Made by a program: the position numbers and the translations under genes. From NCBI GenBank assembly GCA_028681135.1, contig JAQUJC010000007.1, positions 57-64,056 of the forward strand: a DNA stretch of 64,000 bases, written 5' to 3'. Positions 18,836 through 28,574 of this stretch are shown here, piece after piece. Position 1 is the stretch's first letter, and each line of letters opens with the position of its first letter. This DNA comes from Kiritimatiellia bacterium. Lineage in GTDB: Bacteria > Verrucomicrobiota > Kiritimatiellia > CAIQIC01 > Lenti-01. The notes below the pieces were generated by a model that saw nothing but the letters and a program-made list of their open reading frames with translations, was not told the DNA's origin and ran no database searches.

Positions 18836-20074
18836 GTGAGTTTTCGCATGGACCATCGTATACCGACCAAACTAGATCACGTCGCGCTGCTGGCGACGAA
18901 CTATCCGTCGCCGGCCGAACCGGCGCGCGGCACGTTCGTCCGCCAATTCGCACAGGCGGTGGCGCGCCAAGGTGTGCGCTGCACGGTCATCCAGCCCGTC
19001 GCGTTCCACCGCGCCGGACGGCGGCCAGCCGAGTTCTTCCAAACCACGGAAAGTGCCGGCGGCGGGCGTACTGTGGAAATCTTTCGTCCGCGCTACTTGT
19101 CGCTGTCCGCGCGAGAATCCTTTGCCTGGCTGGGACCGCTGAATCCATCACTCTTCACCTTGAGTCGGTTCGCCGGGGCCGTGCGCCGTGTTCTCCGGGA
19201 GCAATGCCTGCGCCCCGACGCTTTGTACGGGCATTTTCTATTTCTGGCCGGTGCCGCCGCCGTTCGTGTGGGACGCGATCTGGACCTGCCGGCATTTCCA
19301 TGCGTGGGGGAGGGGGAGCTCTGGACCGTCCGACAATTCGGCGTAGCCAAAGCCCGTGCGGAGTTGGAGCTCGCCACCGGGTTTCTAGCCAATTCTTCGG
19401 CGCTTAAACAACTGCTGATCCGGGATCTAGATGTCGCGCCCGAGCGTATCGGCGTATTTCCAAACGGCGTGGATCTCGCCGAGTTCGCGCCGCACGACCG
19501 CGCCGCCGCGCGGCGTAAGCTCCAATTGCCGACCGATCAGTTCCTGGTGGCGTCCGCCGGCAATTTTCTGGTAAAAAAAGGAATCGTGCGAGTCGGGGAG
19601 GCCATCGCAGGGCTCGACGGCGTGGCTGGCGTGTTTGCCGGCTCGGGCCCCGCGCCACCGACGGCGCCCAACGTGGCCTTGTGCCGACGCGTATCCCACG
19701 CGGAAATGCCGGAACTGCTGTCCGCGTGCGACGTGTTCGTTCTCCCGACCGTGGTGGAGGGGTCGTGCAACGCCTTGGTCGAAGCCATGGCCTGCGGGTT
19801 GCCCATCATTAGTTCGCTCGGCGAGTTCAACGACGATTTGCTGGCCGACGATATGTCCCTGCGGGTGGATCCGCTGGACGTCGGCGCTATTCGGCAGGCC
19901 ATTGTGCGATTGCGGGATGACGCCACGCTGCGTGCCCAGATGTCCGCGGCGGCTTTGCGGCGGGCGCGGCAGTTCGACATCGGCGAACGTACACGCCGGA
20001 TGCTGGCTTTCATGAACAATCAGATGCATAAAAACATCGGAACGCGCTCGCCGGCGGTTGCGGAGGACACATGA
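18836..20074 (+). CDS. Glycosyltransferase family 4
   Basis: 'VALLATNYPSPAEPARGTFVRQFAQAVARQGVRCTVIQPVAF' and 'CDVFVLPTVVEGSCNALVEAMACGLPIISS' match the GT4 E-x7-E region. Confidence 0.7.
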   Translation: MSFRMDHRIPTKLDHVALLATNYPSPAEPARGTFVRQFAQAVARQGVRCTVIQPVAFHRAGRRPAEFFQTTESAGGGRTVEIFRPRYLSLSARESFAWLGPLNPSLFTLSRFAGAVRRVLREQCLRPDALYGHFLFLAGAAAVRVGRDLDLPAFPCVGEGELWTVRQFGVAKARAELELATGFLANSSALKQLLIRDLDVAPERIGVFPNGVDLAEFAPHDRAAARRKLQLPTDQFLVASAGNFLVKKGIVRVGEAIAGLDGVAGVFAGSGPAPPTAPNVALCRRVSHAEMPELLSACDVFVLPTVVEGSCNALVEAMACGLPIISSLGEFNDDLLADDMSLRVDPLDVGAIRQAIVRLRDDATLRAQMSAAALRRARQFDIGERTRRMLAFMNNQMHKNIGTRSPAVAEDT

Positions 20075-20757
20075 CGACGTACAGCGAACGGATTCTGAGC
20101 GGTGGCCGACTGGTTGCCTGGCAGCGGTTTGCGCGCTTCCGCGCAGCAGCGAAAGCGATCCAGCGTTTGGCCGGGCCTGTTGAAAAGCTGCTGGATATCG
20201 GGGCGGCGGACGGTATCGGGCTGCCCTTCCTGAAGACGGCTGCGAGACAGGTGGTCAGCGTCAACTACTACGAAAACCACACGCAGGAATTCCGGGCCGC
20301 ACATCCCGACGATCCGGTCCTGACCGCTGATGCCCGGGCCTTGCCGCTGGCCGATACGTCGTTCGACGCTTGCACGTCGTTTGAGACGCTGCACCTGGTG
20401 CCCGGACCGGCGGAACGGCGGAAATGCCTGGCGGAAATTTGGCGGGTGTTGCGGCCGGGCGGGCTTTTCGTCTGTTCGCTGCCGGTCGAGGTGGGCTATC
20501 CGGCCCTGATTAAGCTGGCGGCGCGCGCGGCCACGCGGCACCAGGTGGACGGCATGGGTTTCTCCCTGGCGCTGCGGCATTGCTGCTACCGGTGGAGCGA
20601 CCTCGAGCCATTCGACCGCGGCCGTCAGATCGGCTTCGACGTCCATCGTTTCGTGCGCGACGTCGGAAATATTTTTGTCGTTCTGCAAACCAAGGCGATC
20701 CCGATTCCCGTGCTTTTCCCCATGAATATGCTGGTCGTAGCCCGCAAACGTTCGTAA
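20071..20757 (+). CDS. Class I SAM-dependent methyltransferase
   Basis: 'LLDIGAADGIGLPFL' is motif I. 'LRPGGLFVCSLP' is the post-motif II region. The start overlaps the upstream stop. Confidence 0.65.
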   Translation: MTTYSERILSGGRLVAWQRFARFRAAAKAIQRLAGPVEKLLDIGAADGIGLPFLKTAARQVVSVNYYENHTQEFRAAHPDDPVLTADARALPLADTSFDACTSFETLHLVPGPAERRKCLAEIWRVLRPGGLFVCSLPVEVGYPALIKLAARAATRHQVDGMGFSLALRHCCYRWSDLEPFDRGRQIGFDVHRFVRDVGNIFVVLQTKAIPIPVLFPMNMLVVARKRS

Positions 20758-20771
20758 CTTTGTCCGTTGCC

Positions 20772-21722
20772 ATGGCACAAACCCAGTCATCCATTTGGCC
20801 GGAAGGGCGGTCGTTTGGACTGTTCCTGTCGCACGATATCGATCAAATCCACGACCGGGAACTCTGCCACGTCTTGGCGACGGCCAACCATATTCGCCGC
20901 ATCCTCGTGCAGGGCGAATCGGGACGCGTGGCGTTGGCGCTGCGGCGCCTGGGGCGGATTCTGTTCGCACCCAAACCGGTCGAGCAGGATTTTCAGACTA
21001 TTCTTGAAATCGAGGCGCGCCACGGCTTTCGCTCGACCTTCTTCGTGCTGCATGATCCTTATTGGAGCCGCAACGGTCCGCGCTATCGGCTGACCTGTCC
21101 CGAACTGCGGCGGATCGCAGATTTGATCCGCAAAGCCGGCGGCGAAATTGGGCTCCACGGCGGGGTCTCGTGCTTCAACCGGGCCGATTTGTATCGCGAG
21201 AGCCGTGCAGCGCTGCGCGCGGCGCTTGGTGTCGAAGTCGAGGGAATCCGCAATCATCTCCTGCAGTTTTCCGGCCCGGAGACCTGGTTGGCGCAGGAAG
21301 CCGCCGGATTCGTCTACGACGCCACGTTCGGATATTCCGACCGCCTGGGTCCGCGTGATGGCCGCACGCATCCATTTTTTCCCGTTGATCCCGCAACCGG
21401 GCGCACGCTCAAACTCGTTGCGCTGCCGTTGACGGTGATGGACGTGACCCTGTTCCGGTATTTGCGTATGGACGGCTCTGCGGCACTCGAAGCGGCCTGG
21501 ACTGCCATCGAACCCATTATCGCAGCGGGGGGGGTGGTTGCGTTACTGTGGCACAACAACTATTTCAATGATCCGGAATATCGCGACTGGCAGGCGACCT
21601 ACGAACACTTACTGGAGCGCCTGAGTGTGCGGAATCCCTGGTGTGCGACCGGCGCGGAAATCGCCGCTTGGTGGCGGCGCCGCGCTGATGTCTTGGACTC
21701 AAAAGAAACGGAACCATCATGA
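20772..21722 (+). CDS. Polysaccharide deacetylase-like (CE4/NodB-like) protein
   Basis: 316 aa from the ATG at 20772. 'GLFLSHDIDQ', 'RSTFFVL', 'EIGLHGG' and 'IRNHLLQFS' resemble NodB motifs 1-4. The assignment is tentative. Confidence 0.5.
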   Translation: MAQTQSSIWPEGRSFGLFLSHDIDQIHDRELCHVLATANHIRRILVQGESGRVALALRRLGRILFAPKPVEQDFQTILEIEARHGFRSTFFVLHDPYWSRNGPRYRLTCPELRRIADLIRKAGGEIGLHGGVSCFNRADLYRESRAALRAALGVEVEGIRNHLLQFSGPETWLAQEAAGFVYDATFGYSDRLGPRDGRTHPFFPVDPATGRTLKLVALPLTVMDVTLFRYLRMDGSAALEAAWTAIEPIIAAGGVVALLWHNNYFNDPEYRDWQATYEHLLERLSVRNPWCATGAEIAAWWRRRADVLDSKETEPS

Positions 21723-22603
21723 CCTCTACTCCTTCCGGGTCGTTCGAAGCCTGCGATCTTTGCGGGGCGACAGATTTCAAGCCGGTGGCCCAGCAGGGCG
21801 GATTCTGGATCTATCGCTGTCGCAATTGCGATTTGATTCAGGTCCGGCCTTTGCCCGCCGAGACTAAAGAGGTCAACCAGGACTACTGGCACGTCGATCT
21901 CGACAATCCCTCGACCCGCGTTTCCCGCTGGGGCAGCCGCTGCGTGTATCTCCACGGGTTGCGACGCATGGAAAAATGGACCGGCGCTGCGATCCGCGGG
22001 AAACGGCTGCTGGACGTCGGCTGCGGGATGGGTTTGTTTTTGGAAATCGCCCAGGAAGAGGGCGCGGTGCCCCATGGCCTCGATCTTACTCCGGAGGCGG
22101 TTGAAATGACCCGCCGGTTGTGTAAAATCGACACCGTGACGCAAGGCTATTTCGAGACGTGTGATGTGCCTCCCAACTCGTTCGACGTCGTCACTGGCTG
22201 GGGCGTGCTGCACCATACCCGGAGTCCCAGCCAATGGCTGGCGCAGGCCTACAACCTGCTGGTTCCGGGCGGCACACTGCTGGTGAAAATGCCCAATGTC
22301 GCCTTTACGGCAGCCGTTTCCAAGCTGAGCCCGGTGCTCCGGCGGCTGCATTTGCCGACCAGTCATTATTTGGCCTCGCGCCCGCCGTTGAACCTGTACG
22401 GATTTACCTGTCGAACGCTGACTGGCCTTTTGGAGAAAGCGTCCTTCGAGGTGCTGGCGGTCGAAAGCGCGCACATCCGCGGCAACGCGGGTTTTCTTGG
22501 CGGGCTCACGACGGCGGCGACGGTTCTGGCAACCGCTCTGACGCTGGGAAAAATCAATTTTAGCCCTGTTATTCTGGGTATTGCGAGAAAGTCGAAGAAA
22601 TAG
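21719..22603 (+). CDS. Class I SAM-dependent methyltransferase with N-terminal Cys4 zinc ribbon
   Basis: 'CDLCGAT...YRCRNCDL' precedes 'RLLDVGCGMGLFLEIAQEEGAVPHGLDL' (motif I) and 'LVPGGTLLVKMPN'. Confidence 0.75.
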   Translation: MTSTPSGSFEACDLCGATDFKPVAQQGGFWIYRCRNCDLIQVRPLPAETKEVNQDYWHVDLDNPSTRVSRWGSRCVYLHGLRRMEKWTGAAIRGKRLLDVGCGMGLFLEIAQEEGAVPHGLDLTPEAVEMTRRLCKIDTVTQGYFETCDVPPNSFDVVTGWGVLHHTRSPSQWLAQAYNLLVPGGTLLVKMPNVAFTAAVSKLSPVLRRLHLPTSHYLASRPPLNLYGFTCRTLTGLLEKASFEVLAVESAHIRGNAGFLGGLTTAATVLATALTLGKINFSPVILGIARKSKK

Positions 22604-22609
22604 AGAGCC

Positions 22610-24472
22610 ATGCACCCGGAATTCATCCTGATCGATAGCCTGTTGTCTCTGGGCGTTGCCGTAGTCCTTGCCGGCAGCGTCGGCGTGTTCTTGTTGAGCA
22701 AATGCTTCTTCCTGGCACCGTATCGCGCGGGGTGGCTGCTGCTGCTGCCCAACGTGTTCTACGAAACGGTGGAAATTAAACTGCATCTGCGCCGGGTGTG
22801 GATGGATAGCCTGTTGTTGTTCCTCGTCACGACGGGATCTGGTTTTCTGTGGGGTGGCTATGCAGCAGCGGGGGTGGCGCTAACGATGGGGGCCGCCTGG
22901 GTTGGCGCGTTGCTCGTGGACCTTCGCTGGCGTTCAGATCGACCCGCGCGGCAGCATGCAAAATACACTGGGCGCGTCCCCTTGCCGATTCCACGCCTGA
23001 TTGTGACCCTGCGGGGGGCCGTCATCCGGAGGACGAAGGCAGGGTATGATGTCGGCGACTGGCCGGAAGGATGGACGCAGACGTTTGAACTCCTGATTCT
23101 GAATCCGGGAACTGTCCGGCCGCAAGTCCCCCTTCAGGTCGAGGTCTCGACAACGTGTTCGAGTCTGGGTGTGACGGTGGAGGGGGGGGGCGAGCAGACA
23201 GGCCCGGATCCCGGACAAATCATTAGGTCATCATTCACCGTGAGTGCGGAGCGCGTGGGGCCAGGCGGTGACGTGCATCTGCGTGTCTCCCATGGCGATT
23301 GGACGTGGGAACGGACATTGTGCATGGGCTCGATTGTTGCCCGTGATTCGATCCGAATCCAAAGTGCCGCTATCCGCCGCTGGAAATATGGCGCGCGTGC
23401 CGGATTCGTTTGGCGGGGCGACAACGATCTATACGATCCCGCGACGTTTCAGTCGGCCGAGGGACTCCGCATCGCGCTGGGACTGGCCGCGCGGTTCCGG
23501 ATGCCGACCACCGTAATGCTGTCATCGCGACTGAGCCTGGATCGTGAGGCGCACGCGGCGTTCTGCAAGCGCTTTGGCTGGGATCGACACAGCGAAGACA
23601 TTCCCGCATTTATTCGCTTCTGGCGCGAGGAAGTGGACACCGCGACGGAGCAGGAATTTCCGATTCAGTGCGACAGCCCGCTATCGGCGGAAATCGGCAA
23701 TCATGGCCATCTGCATTGGGGAACACACGCCGCGGCCGACCCCGATAACGGCTGGACATCGCATGCGCGGTTGGGCGCGGGGAATTATCCGTGGCTGAAG
23801 GACTATCCGTGCGATTCCTTCGCAGAACAACGCGACAACATCGTCGCATGTACGCAGGCGATTGAAAAAAAACTGGGTGTGCAGACGACCTGCTACACGC
23901 CGCCGAGCGACATGTTTGATGCCCATACCGCACGGGCGGTGGAGGCCGCGGGCATCGAAATTGGCAACGAAACCGATGCCACCAAATGGCAAAAATTGCT
24001 CACGTTTCCTGCCGAACACCATCCGAAAGGGTGCGCCCGCCTGGTGGAACTGACGCGGATGCTGCCGCGCGACCCAGTGAATGCCCACCACATTGCCATG
24101 CTGAAATTCTGGGTTGGATTCGCACGCCGCCATGGCCGGGCGCTTGTGTTTTTGGCGCATCATCATCTGCTGATGTACCAGTCCAATGCTTGTTATGCCC
24201 TGACTGCGGAATTGCTGCGGCATGTGCTGGCCGATACCGAAGGGGATGTGTATCCGGCGACGTTGACCGCCATGGGCCGCTATTGGCGCGATGTGCTTAG
24301 CGAACGGACGCGTACCGTTCAGGTGCGGATCATCGGTCATACCGTCGAAGTTCAAAATGTCGGCGACCGTGATCTTTCGGGCCTGCCGTTGGAAATCAAA
24401 TTTCCGGAGGGTCGCGGCTGCATGTGCTTGGTCGATGTGGCGGCGCATTCGATGATCACCATCGAAACCTGA
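22610..24472 (+). CDS. Membrane-anchored protein with NodB/deacetylase-like domain, paralog A (function unknown)
   Basis: 620 aa with N-terminal TM helices. 'AGFVWRGDNDLYDPATFQSAEGLRIALGLAARF...EIGNHGHLHWGTHAAADPDNGWTSHARLGAGNYPWL' is ~55% identical in blocks to ORF 26783-28573. Confidence 0.5.
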   Translation: MHPEFILIDSLLSLGVAVVLAGSVGVFLLSKCFFLAPYRAGWLLLLPNVFYETVEIKLHLRRVWMDSLLLFLVTTGSGFLWGGYAAAGVALTMGAAWVGALLVDLRWRSDRPARQHAKYTGRVPLPIPRLIVTLRGAVIRRTKAGYDVGDWPEGWTQTFELLILNPGTVRPQVPLQVEVSTTCSSLGVTVEGGGEQTGPDPGQIIRSSFTVSAERVGPGGDVHLRVSHGDWTWERTLCMGSIVARDSIRIQSAAIRRWKYGARAGFVWRGDNDLYDPATFQSAEGLRIALGLAARFRMPTTVMLSSRLSLDREAHAAFCKRFGWDRHSEDIPAFIRFWREEVDTATEQEFPIQCDSPLSAEIGNHGHLHWGTHAAADPDNGWTSHARLGAGNYPWLKDYPCDSFAEQRDNIVACTQAIEKKLGVQTTCYTPPSDMFDAHTARAVEAAGIEIGNETDATKWQKLLTFPAEHHPKGCARLVELTRMLPRDPVNAHHIAMLKFWVGFARRHGRALVFLAHHHLLMYQSNACYALTAELLRHVLADTEGDVYPATLTAMGRYWRDVLSERTRTVQVRIIGHTVEVQNVGDRDLSGLPLEIKFPEGRGCMCLVDVAAHSMITIET

Positions 24473-24486
24473 CTGCCGATAGCGGA

Positions 24487-25524
24487 ATGTTGAATCGCAT
24501 GAACATCCTTACACTGACCTCCACACACCTCCCGCTCTGGGAGGAGTACGTGGCCCGGCAACCGGATGCAACCGTGTTCCATCTCGCGGGCTGGAAGCGG
24601 GTCATTGAACGCTCGACGGGCCATGTGGGCCATTACCTGATGGCCATGGAGCAGGAGCGGGTGGTGGGCATCTATCCGCTGTTTATGGTTTCCACGCGCC
24701 TGTTTGGCACGCGGGGCGTCAGCCTCCCGTTTGTCAGCTATGGCGGGTTGGTGGCCAATAACCTGGAGGTGGAACAGGCGCTGGGGGAGGCCGCCGTGCA
24801 TATTGCTCGCGCTGCTGGATGTGCCAGCATCGAATTGCGCCAACTCTACCCGGTGAAGTCCGCCTGGCCGACAACCGACCGAAAGGTGACAACGGAGATT
24901 TCAACGGAGGGCGGCGCCAACGCCGTGTTCGCCCGGCTGCACCAAAACGTGCGCAACAAAATCCGCAAGGCGGAGAAAAACGGCGTGATCGTCCAGCAGG
25001 GCCTGGAATTTTTGCCCGAATTTTATGCCATCTATTCCCGGAATCTCCGCGATCTGGGCACGCCCGTTCTGACGCGGCGCTTTTTCGAGGCCGTTCGGGA
25101 AGCCTTTCCAAGCCAGACCCGGATTTATCGGGCGGTGCGAAAAGGAACAACACTTGCTGCCAAAATGATCATTCGCGATGCCCGCACCTGTCATTTTGTC
25201 TGGTCTGCATCGCGGCGTGAGGCATTGCGCTATGCCCCGGTGCAGGCGATGAACTGGCGGGCGATCGAGGAGGCATGCGAAGCGGGGTGCGATCGCATCG
25301 ATCTTGGGCGCAGCACGGCCGAGTCCAGCCACTTCGATTTCAAAAAATACTGGGGCGGCGTGTCCCGCCCCTTGCCTTGGACTTATCAAGTGCTGGACCA
25401 GACGGCGACACCCGATTTGCACAAGGAAAACCCAAAATATGCGCTGGCGATCGCCTTGTGGAAACGGTTACCGCTGGGCGTGAGTCGAATTCTGGGACCG
25501 CCTATCGCTCGCGGTCTGCCTTGA
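24487..25524 (+). CDS. FemAB-family protein (resembles the PEP-CTERM/EPS-locus-associated FemAB subfamily), paralog 4
   Basis: 'FHLAGWKRVIERSTGHVGHYLMAMEQERVVGIYPLFMVSTRLFGTRGVSLPFVSYGGLV...RNKIRKAEKNGV...FDFKKYWGG' matches the EPS-associated FemAB-like pattern. Confidence 0.65.
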   Translation: MLNRMNILTLTSTHLPLWEEYVARQPDATVFHLAGWKRVIERSTGHVGHYLMAMEQERVVGIYPLFMVSTRLFGTRGVSLPFVSYGGLVANNLEVEQALGEAAVHIARAAGCASIELRQLYPVKSAWPTTDRKVTTEISTEGGANAVFARLHQNVRNKIRKAEKNGVIVQQGLEFLPEFYAIYSRNLRDLGTPVLTRRFFEAVREAFPSQTRIYRAVRKGTTLAAKMIIRDARTCHFVWSASRREALRYAPVQAMNWRAIEEACEAGCDRIDLGRSTAESSHFDFKKYWGGVSRPLPWTYQVLDQTATPDLHKENPKYALAIALWKRLPLGVSRILGPPIARGLP

Positions 25525-25535
25525 GGAATAGGACG

Positions 25536-26786
25536 ATGCATATTCTGTACATCCATCAATTTTATGCGGGTCCCGAAGCTCCCGGGCCGCGCCAGCCACG
25601 CGATCTTGTGCAGCGGCTGGCTGAGCGCGGCCATGTGGTGGAGGTGGTGGCGTGCGATCTGAATGCCTACAACGAACAGGCCGAGCCGGAGGAAACCAGG
25701 GCGGTTCCGGGAGGGGGCAGTATTCGCGTTCATCGTCTGCCGGTACCACGCGGCTTACGGGCCAGTTTGTTCAATCGTCTGAAAACCTATGGCTGGTTCG
25801 CGTGGTCAGCCTATCGCTTTGGCCGCCATCTGCCGATGCCCGATATCGTCATGGCAACCATTCAACCCCTGTTTGGCGGCGTGGCCGCCTTGCGGTTGGC
25901 CCGCCGCTGGAAACGGCCCTTTCTGCTGGAAGTCCGCGATTTATGGCCGGATGCGCTGGTGGTTAAAAAAGCCATTGCACGCTGGCAGGCGGCGCCGCTG
26001 CACGCGCTGGCGCGTTCGCTATATACCGGCGCGAATCGCGTCGTTGCCCTGACACCGGGCCTCAAAATCGAACTCCTGAAAAAAGGCATTCCACGCGACC
26101 GCTTGGATGTGTTCCCCAATGGGTACAACGAATCAACCTTTCAGTTGGAGCCCGGCACGCGGGAGCAGACGCGCAAAAAGTGGGGCTGGGCAGACCAATT
26201 CACAGCGGTATATGCCGGCTCACTGACTGAAGTGACAGCGGTCGAGACCCTCGTTCGTGCCGGAGCCTTTTTACGGTCGCGCCCGGATATCCGCCTCGAT
26301 CTGTTTGGCTACGGCCAAAGCAAACCCAAGGCGATGGCGCTGGCCAAGGAACTCAAATTGGAGCATGTTCATTTCCACGATGCGGTGCCCAAGACGCAGA
26401 TTCCCACGATTTTGGCGGGGGCGGATGCCGCACTGATGTCGCTGTTCCGCAGCCCACTGATCCACATCTATTTCGAGAATAAGTTTATCGACTACATGGG
26501 TTCGGGCCTGCCGATTTTGGCGTCCATGGAGGGCGTTCAAACCGACTTGATCCGCAAAGCTGGGGCGGGGGTCGTGGTGCCAACCTTCGACTCCGAGGCC
26601 CTGGCCCACGCCATTGCCAACGCGGCGGACCATCCGGAGCGGTGTCGGGAGATGGGTGCGGCAGGGCATCAGTTTATCAGCTCTAAACTGGACCAGAGTC
26701 TTATCCTGGATCGCTATGCGGATGTGCTCGAAGCTCTGGTGCAGGGCCGGGGTGACGCGGTGCCCACCTGGGATCCTTTTGAATGA
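25536..26786 (+). CDS. Glycosyltransferase family 4
   Basis: 416 aa from the ATG at 25536, with RBS-like 'aggaatagga' upstream. 'MHILYIHQFYAGPEAPGPRQPRDLVQRLAERGHVVEVV' is a GT4 N-domain signature, and the C-terminal half has a Glycos_transf_1-like region. Confidence 0.75.
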   Translation: MHILYIHQFYAGPEAPGPRQPRDLVQRLAERGHVVEVVACDLNAYNEQAEPEETRAVPGGGSIRVHRLPVPRGLRASLFNRLKTYGWFAWSAYRFGRHLPMPDIVMATIQPLFGGVAALRLARRWKRPFLLEVRDLWPDALVVKKAIARWQAAPLHALARSLYTGANRVVALTPGLKIELLKKGIPRDRLDVFPNGYNESTFQLEPGTREQTRKKWGWADQFTAVYAGSLTEVTAVETLVRAGAFLRSRPDIRLDLFGYGQSKPKAMALAKELKLEHVHFHDAVPKTQIPTILAGADAALMSLFRSPLIHIYFENKFIDYMGSGLPILASMEGVQTDLIRKAGAGVVVPTFDSEALAHAIANAADHPERCREMGAAGHQFISSKLDQSLILDRYADVLEALVQGRGDAVPTWDPFE

Positions 26787-28573
26787 ACAGTATTTTTTAT
26801 GTCATAGGCGGTATGCTACTGACGCCAGTCGTGCTGGCGCGCTTGTTTGCCTTGGCGCGCTTCCGCACCGGATGGGCGCTGTATCTGGCCAATGTTGTTT
26901 GGGAAGTATTTCCTAAAAAATTGGGGGTGGACCGCTTTTGGATCGAGGCCCTGGCTGTCGGGCTGGGATTGACGAGCCTTCGACTAGGCGGCGCGAGCTG
27001 GATCCTCGTAGGCGGGGTGACCGCAGGGATACTGGTGCTGGAGGCTGCGGATCGGCTTATCGTTCGGCTGCTGTTTGGGGAGTTGGGTGTGCCGCGCCTG
27101 GTCTACATGCTGGAAGGGCCGTTTGTGGCGCGGTTGCCGCGGTATCGGTTCGGCGTGTTGTGGGTGGGCCAGTCTGTTGCCCTTGAATTACGGGTGCTCA
27201 ATCCCACTCGGCAGCCATGGCCTAATCCGCTGCATGTGCAGTTGGATGTCCCCGCCGGCTGGTTGGAAAACGGAGCCGCCAAACAGACCATCGAGCCCTT
27301 GGCGTCTGGCGGTGTGGGGCAGGCAAGCTGGACCCTGCGACCACATGCGGCGTGCTCTGCCGGTGAATGTGCCATCCGAATCGATGGCGATCGATTGGTC
27401 CATGGTCTGCGTGTGCGGTTCGATGGCTGCCGGTGTGGCGGAGAGGCCCGGGTGGTACAGGCTGCCATTGCCCGTTACCCCGGGGGGCGCAACAGTGCGT
27501 TTGTCTGGCGTGGCGATATGGACCTCTACGATGTGCGCACGTTTCAGTCTATCGAAGGGCTGGAGACGACCCTGGGCTTGGCCGCGCGCTATGCGTTTCC
27601 CCAGACGATGTGTCTGTCTACACGGTTGTCACTCAATGAATCGGCCGCACGGGAATATGCGTCTCATGAAGGGATGGAGACCGGGGCAGATGAGATTCCA
27701 CGGTTCATTCAGTGGCTGAACCAAGCCGTTGACTTGTGCCATCGGGCGCCTTGGCCCGCCCGCAGGGCAGACAAACGATATGTCCTGGAGTTGGGTAATC
27801 ACGGGCATCTGCATTATGACACCGCGGCGGCGGCGGCGCCAGAAAATAACTGGACATCGCACGCCAAGATGGGCGCGGGGCGCTATCCGTGGCTGGGGGA
27901 GGACCGCTCATCTTTTGGAGAGCAGCGCGATAATATTCTCGAAGCGGCGCGTTGGTGCAGGCGGTTGCTGGGGTTTGCGCCGCGATCATGGGCCAAGCCG
28001 GGGCGCTGCAACGATGTCGACACGGCGCGGGCCGCCGAGGCCGCCGGCTGCGAGGTGCTGAGCGGCTCCGATATCCGCGCCCGCGATAACGTGCTCCTTC
28101 AGCCACCGCCCCACCATCCCGGCGGCACCAATGCTGTGGAACTGACCTCGCGCTATCCGCCCGATCCGCAGCATGGTTTTCATTTCTTTATGTTGGTCTT
28201 TTGGCTGAATCGATCCCGGCGGTTAGGCCGCCCGATGGTCTTCATGTGCCATCAGCACATGCGGCAGTGGGAGGGGCCCAACTGCGCGCGCTTTACAGAG
28301 GCCTTGATCCGACGCGTGTTGCTCGATTTCCACGGCGAGTATTACATCGATACACTTTTCGGCGTGGGCAAGTATTGGCGTGAAGTGCTCAGCCCCCAGA
28401 CACGGCGGCTGAGCGTGTCGCTGGCGGGGACGCGCCTAATCGTCGAAAACCGTAGCGATGTGAGCTTTGATCAGGTGCCCGTGGATTTGGAACTGGAAGA
28501 TGGGGCTCGCTCTACTGTGCTGGTTTCCGTCCGCAGTGGGCAGACAATAGAAGTGAAGTTGCAGGAGCAGTAG
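26783..28573 (+). CDS. Membrane-anchored protein with NodB/deacetylase-like domain, paralog B
   Basis: 596 aa. 'SAFVWRGDMDLYDVRTFQSIEGLETTLGLAARY...ELGNHGHLHYDTAAAAAPENNWTSHAKMGAGRYPWL' is a paralog of 22610-24472. Confidence 0.5.
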   Translation: MNSIFYVIGGMLLTPVVLARLFALARFRTGWALYLANVVWEVFPKKLGVDRFWIEALAVGLGLTSLRLGGASWILVGGVTAGILVLEAADRLIVRLLFGELGVPRLVYMLEGPFVARLPRYRFGVLWVGQSVALELRVLNPTRQPWPNPLHVQLDVPAGWLENGAAKQTIEPLASGGVGQASWTLRPHAACSAGECAIRIDGDRLVHGLRVRFDGCRCGGEARVVQAAIARYPGGRNSAFVWRGDMDLYDVRTFQSIEGLETTLGLAARYAFPQTMCLSTRLSLNESAAREYASHEGMETGADEIPRFIQWLNQAVDLCHRAPWPARRADKRYVLELGNHGHLHYDTAAAAAPENNWTSHAKMGAGRYPWLGEDRSSFGEQRDNILEAARWCRRLLGFAPRSWAKPGRCNDVDTARAAEAAGCEVLSGSDIRARDNVLLQPPPHHPGGTNAVELTSRYPPDPQHGFHFFMLVFWLNRSRRLGRPMVFMCHQHMRQWEGPNCARFTEALIRRVLLDFHGEYYIDTLFGVGKYWREVLSPQTRRLSVSLAGTRLIVENRSDVSFDQVPVDLELEDGARSTVLVSVRSGQTIEVKLQEQ

Positions 28574-28574
28574 G

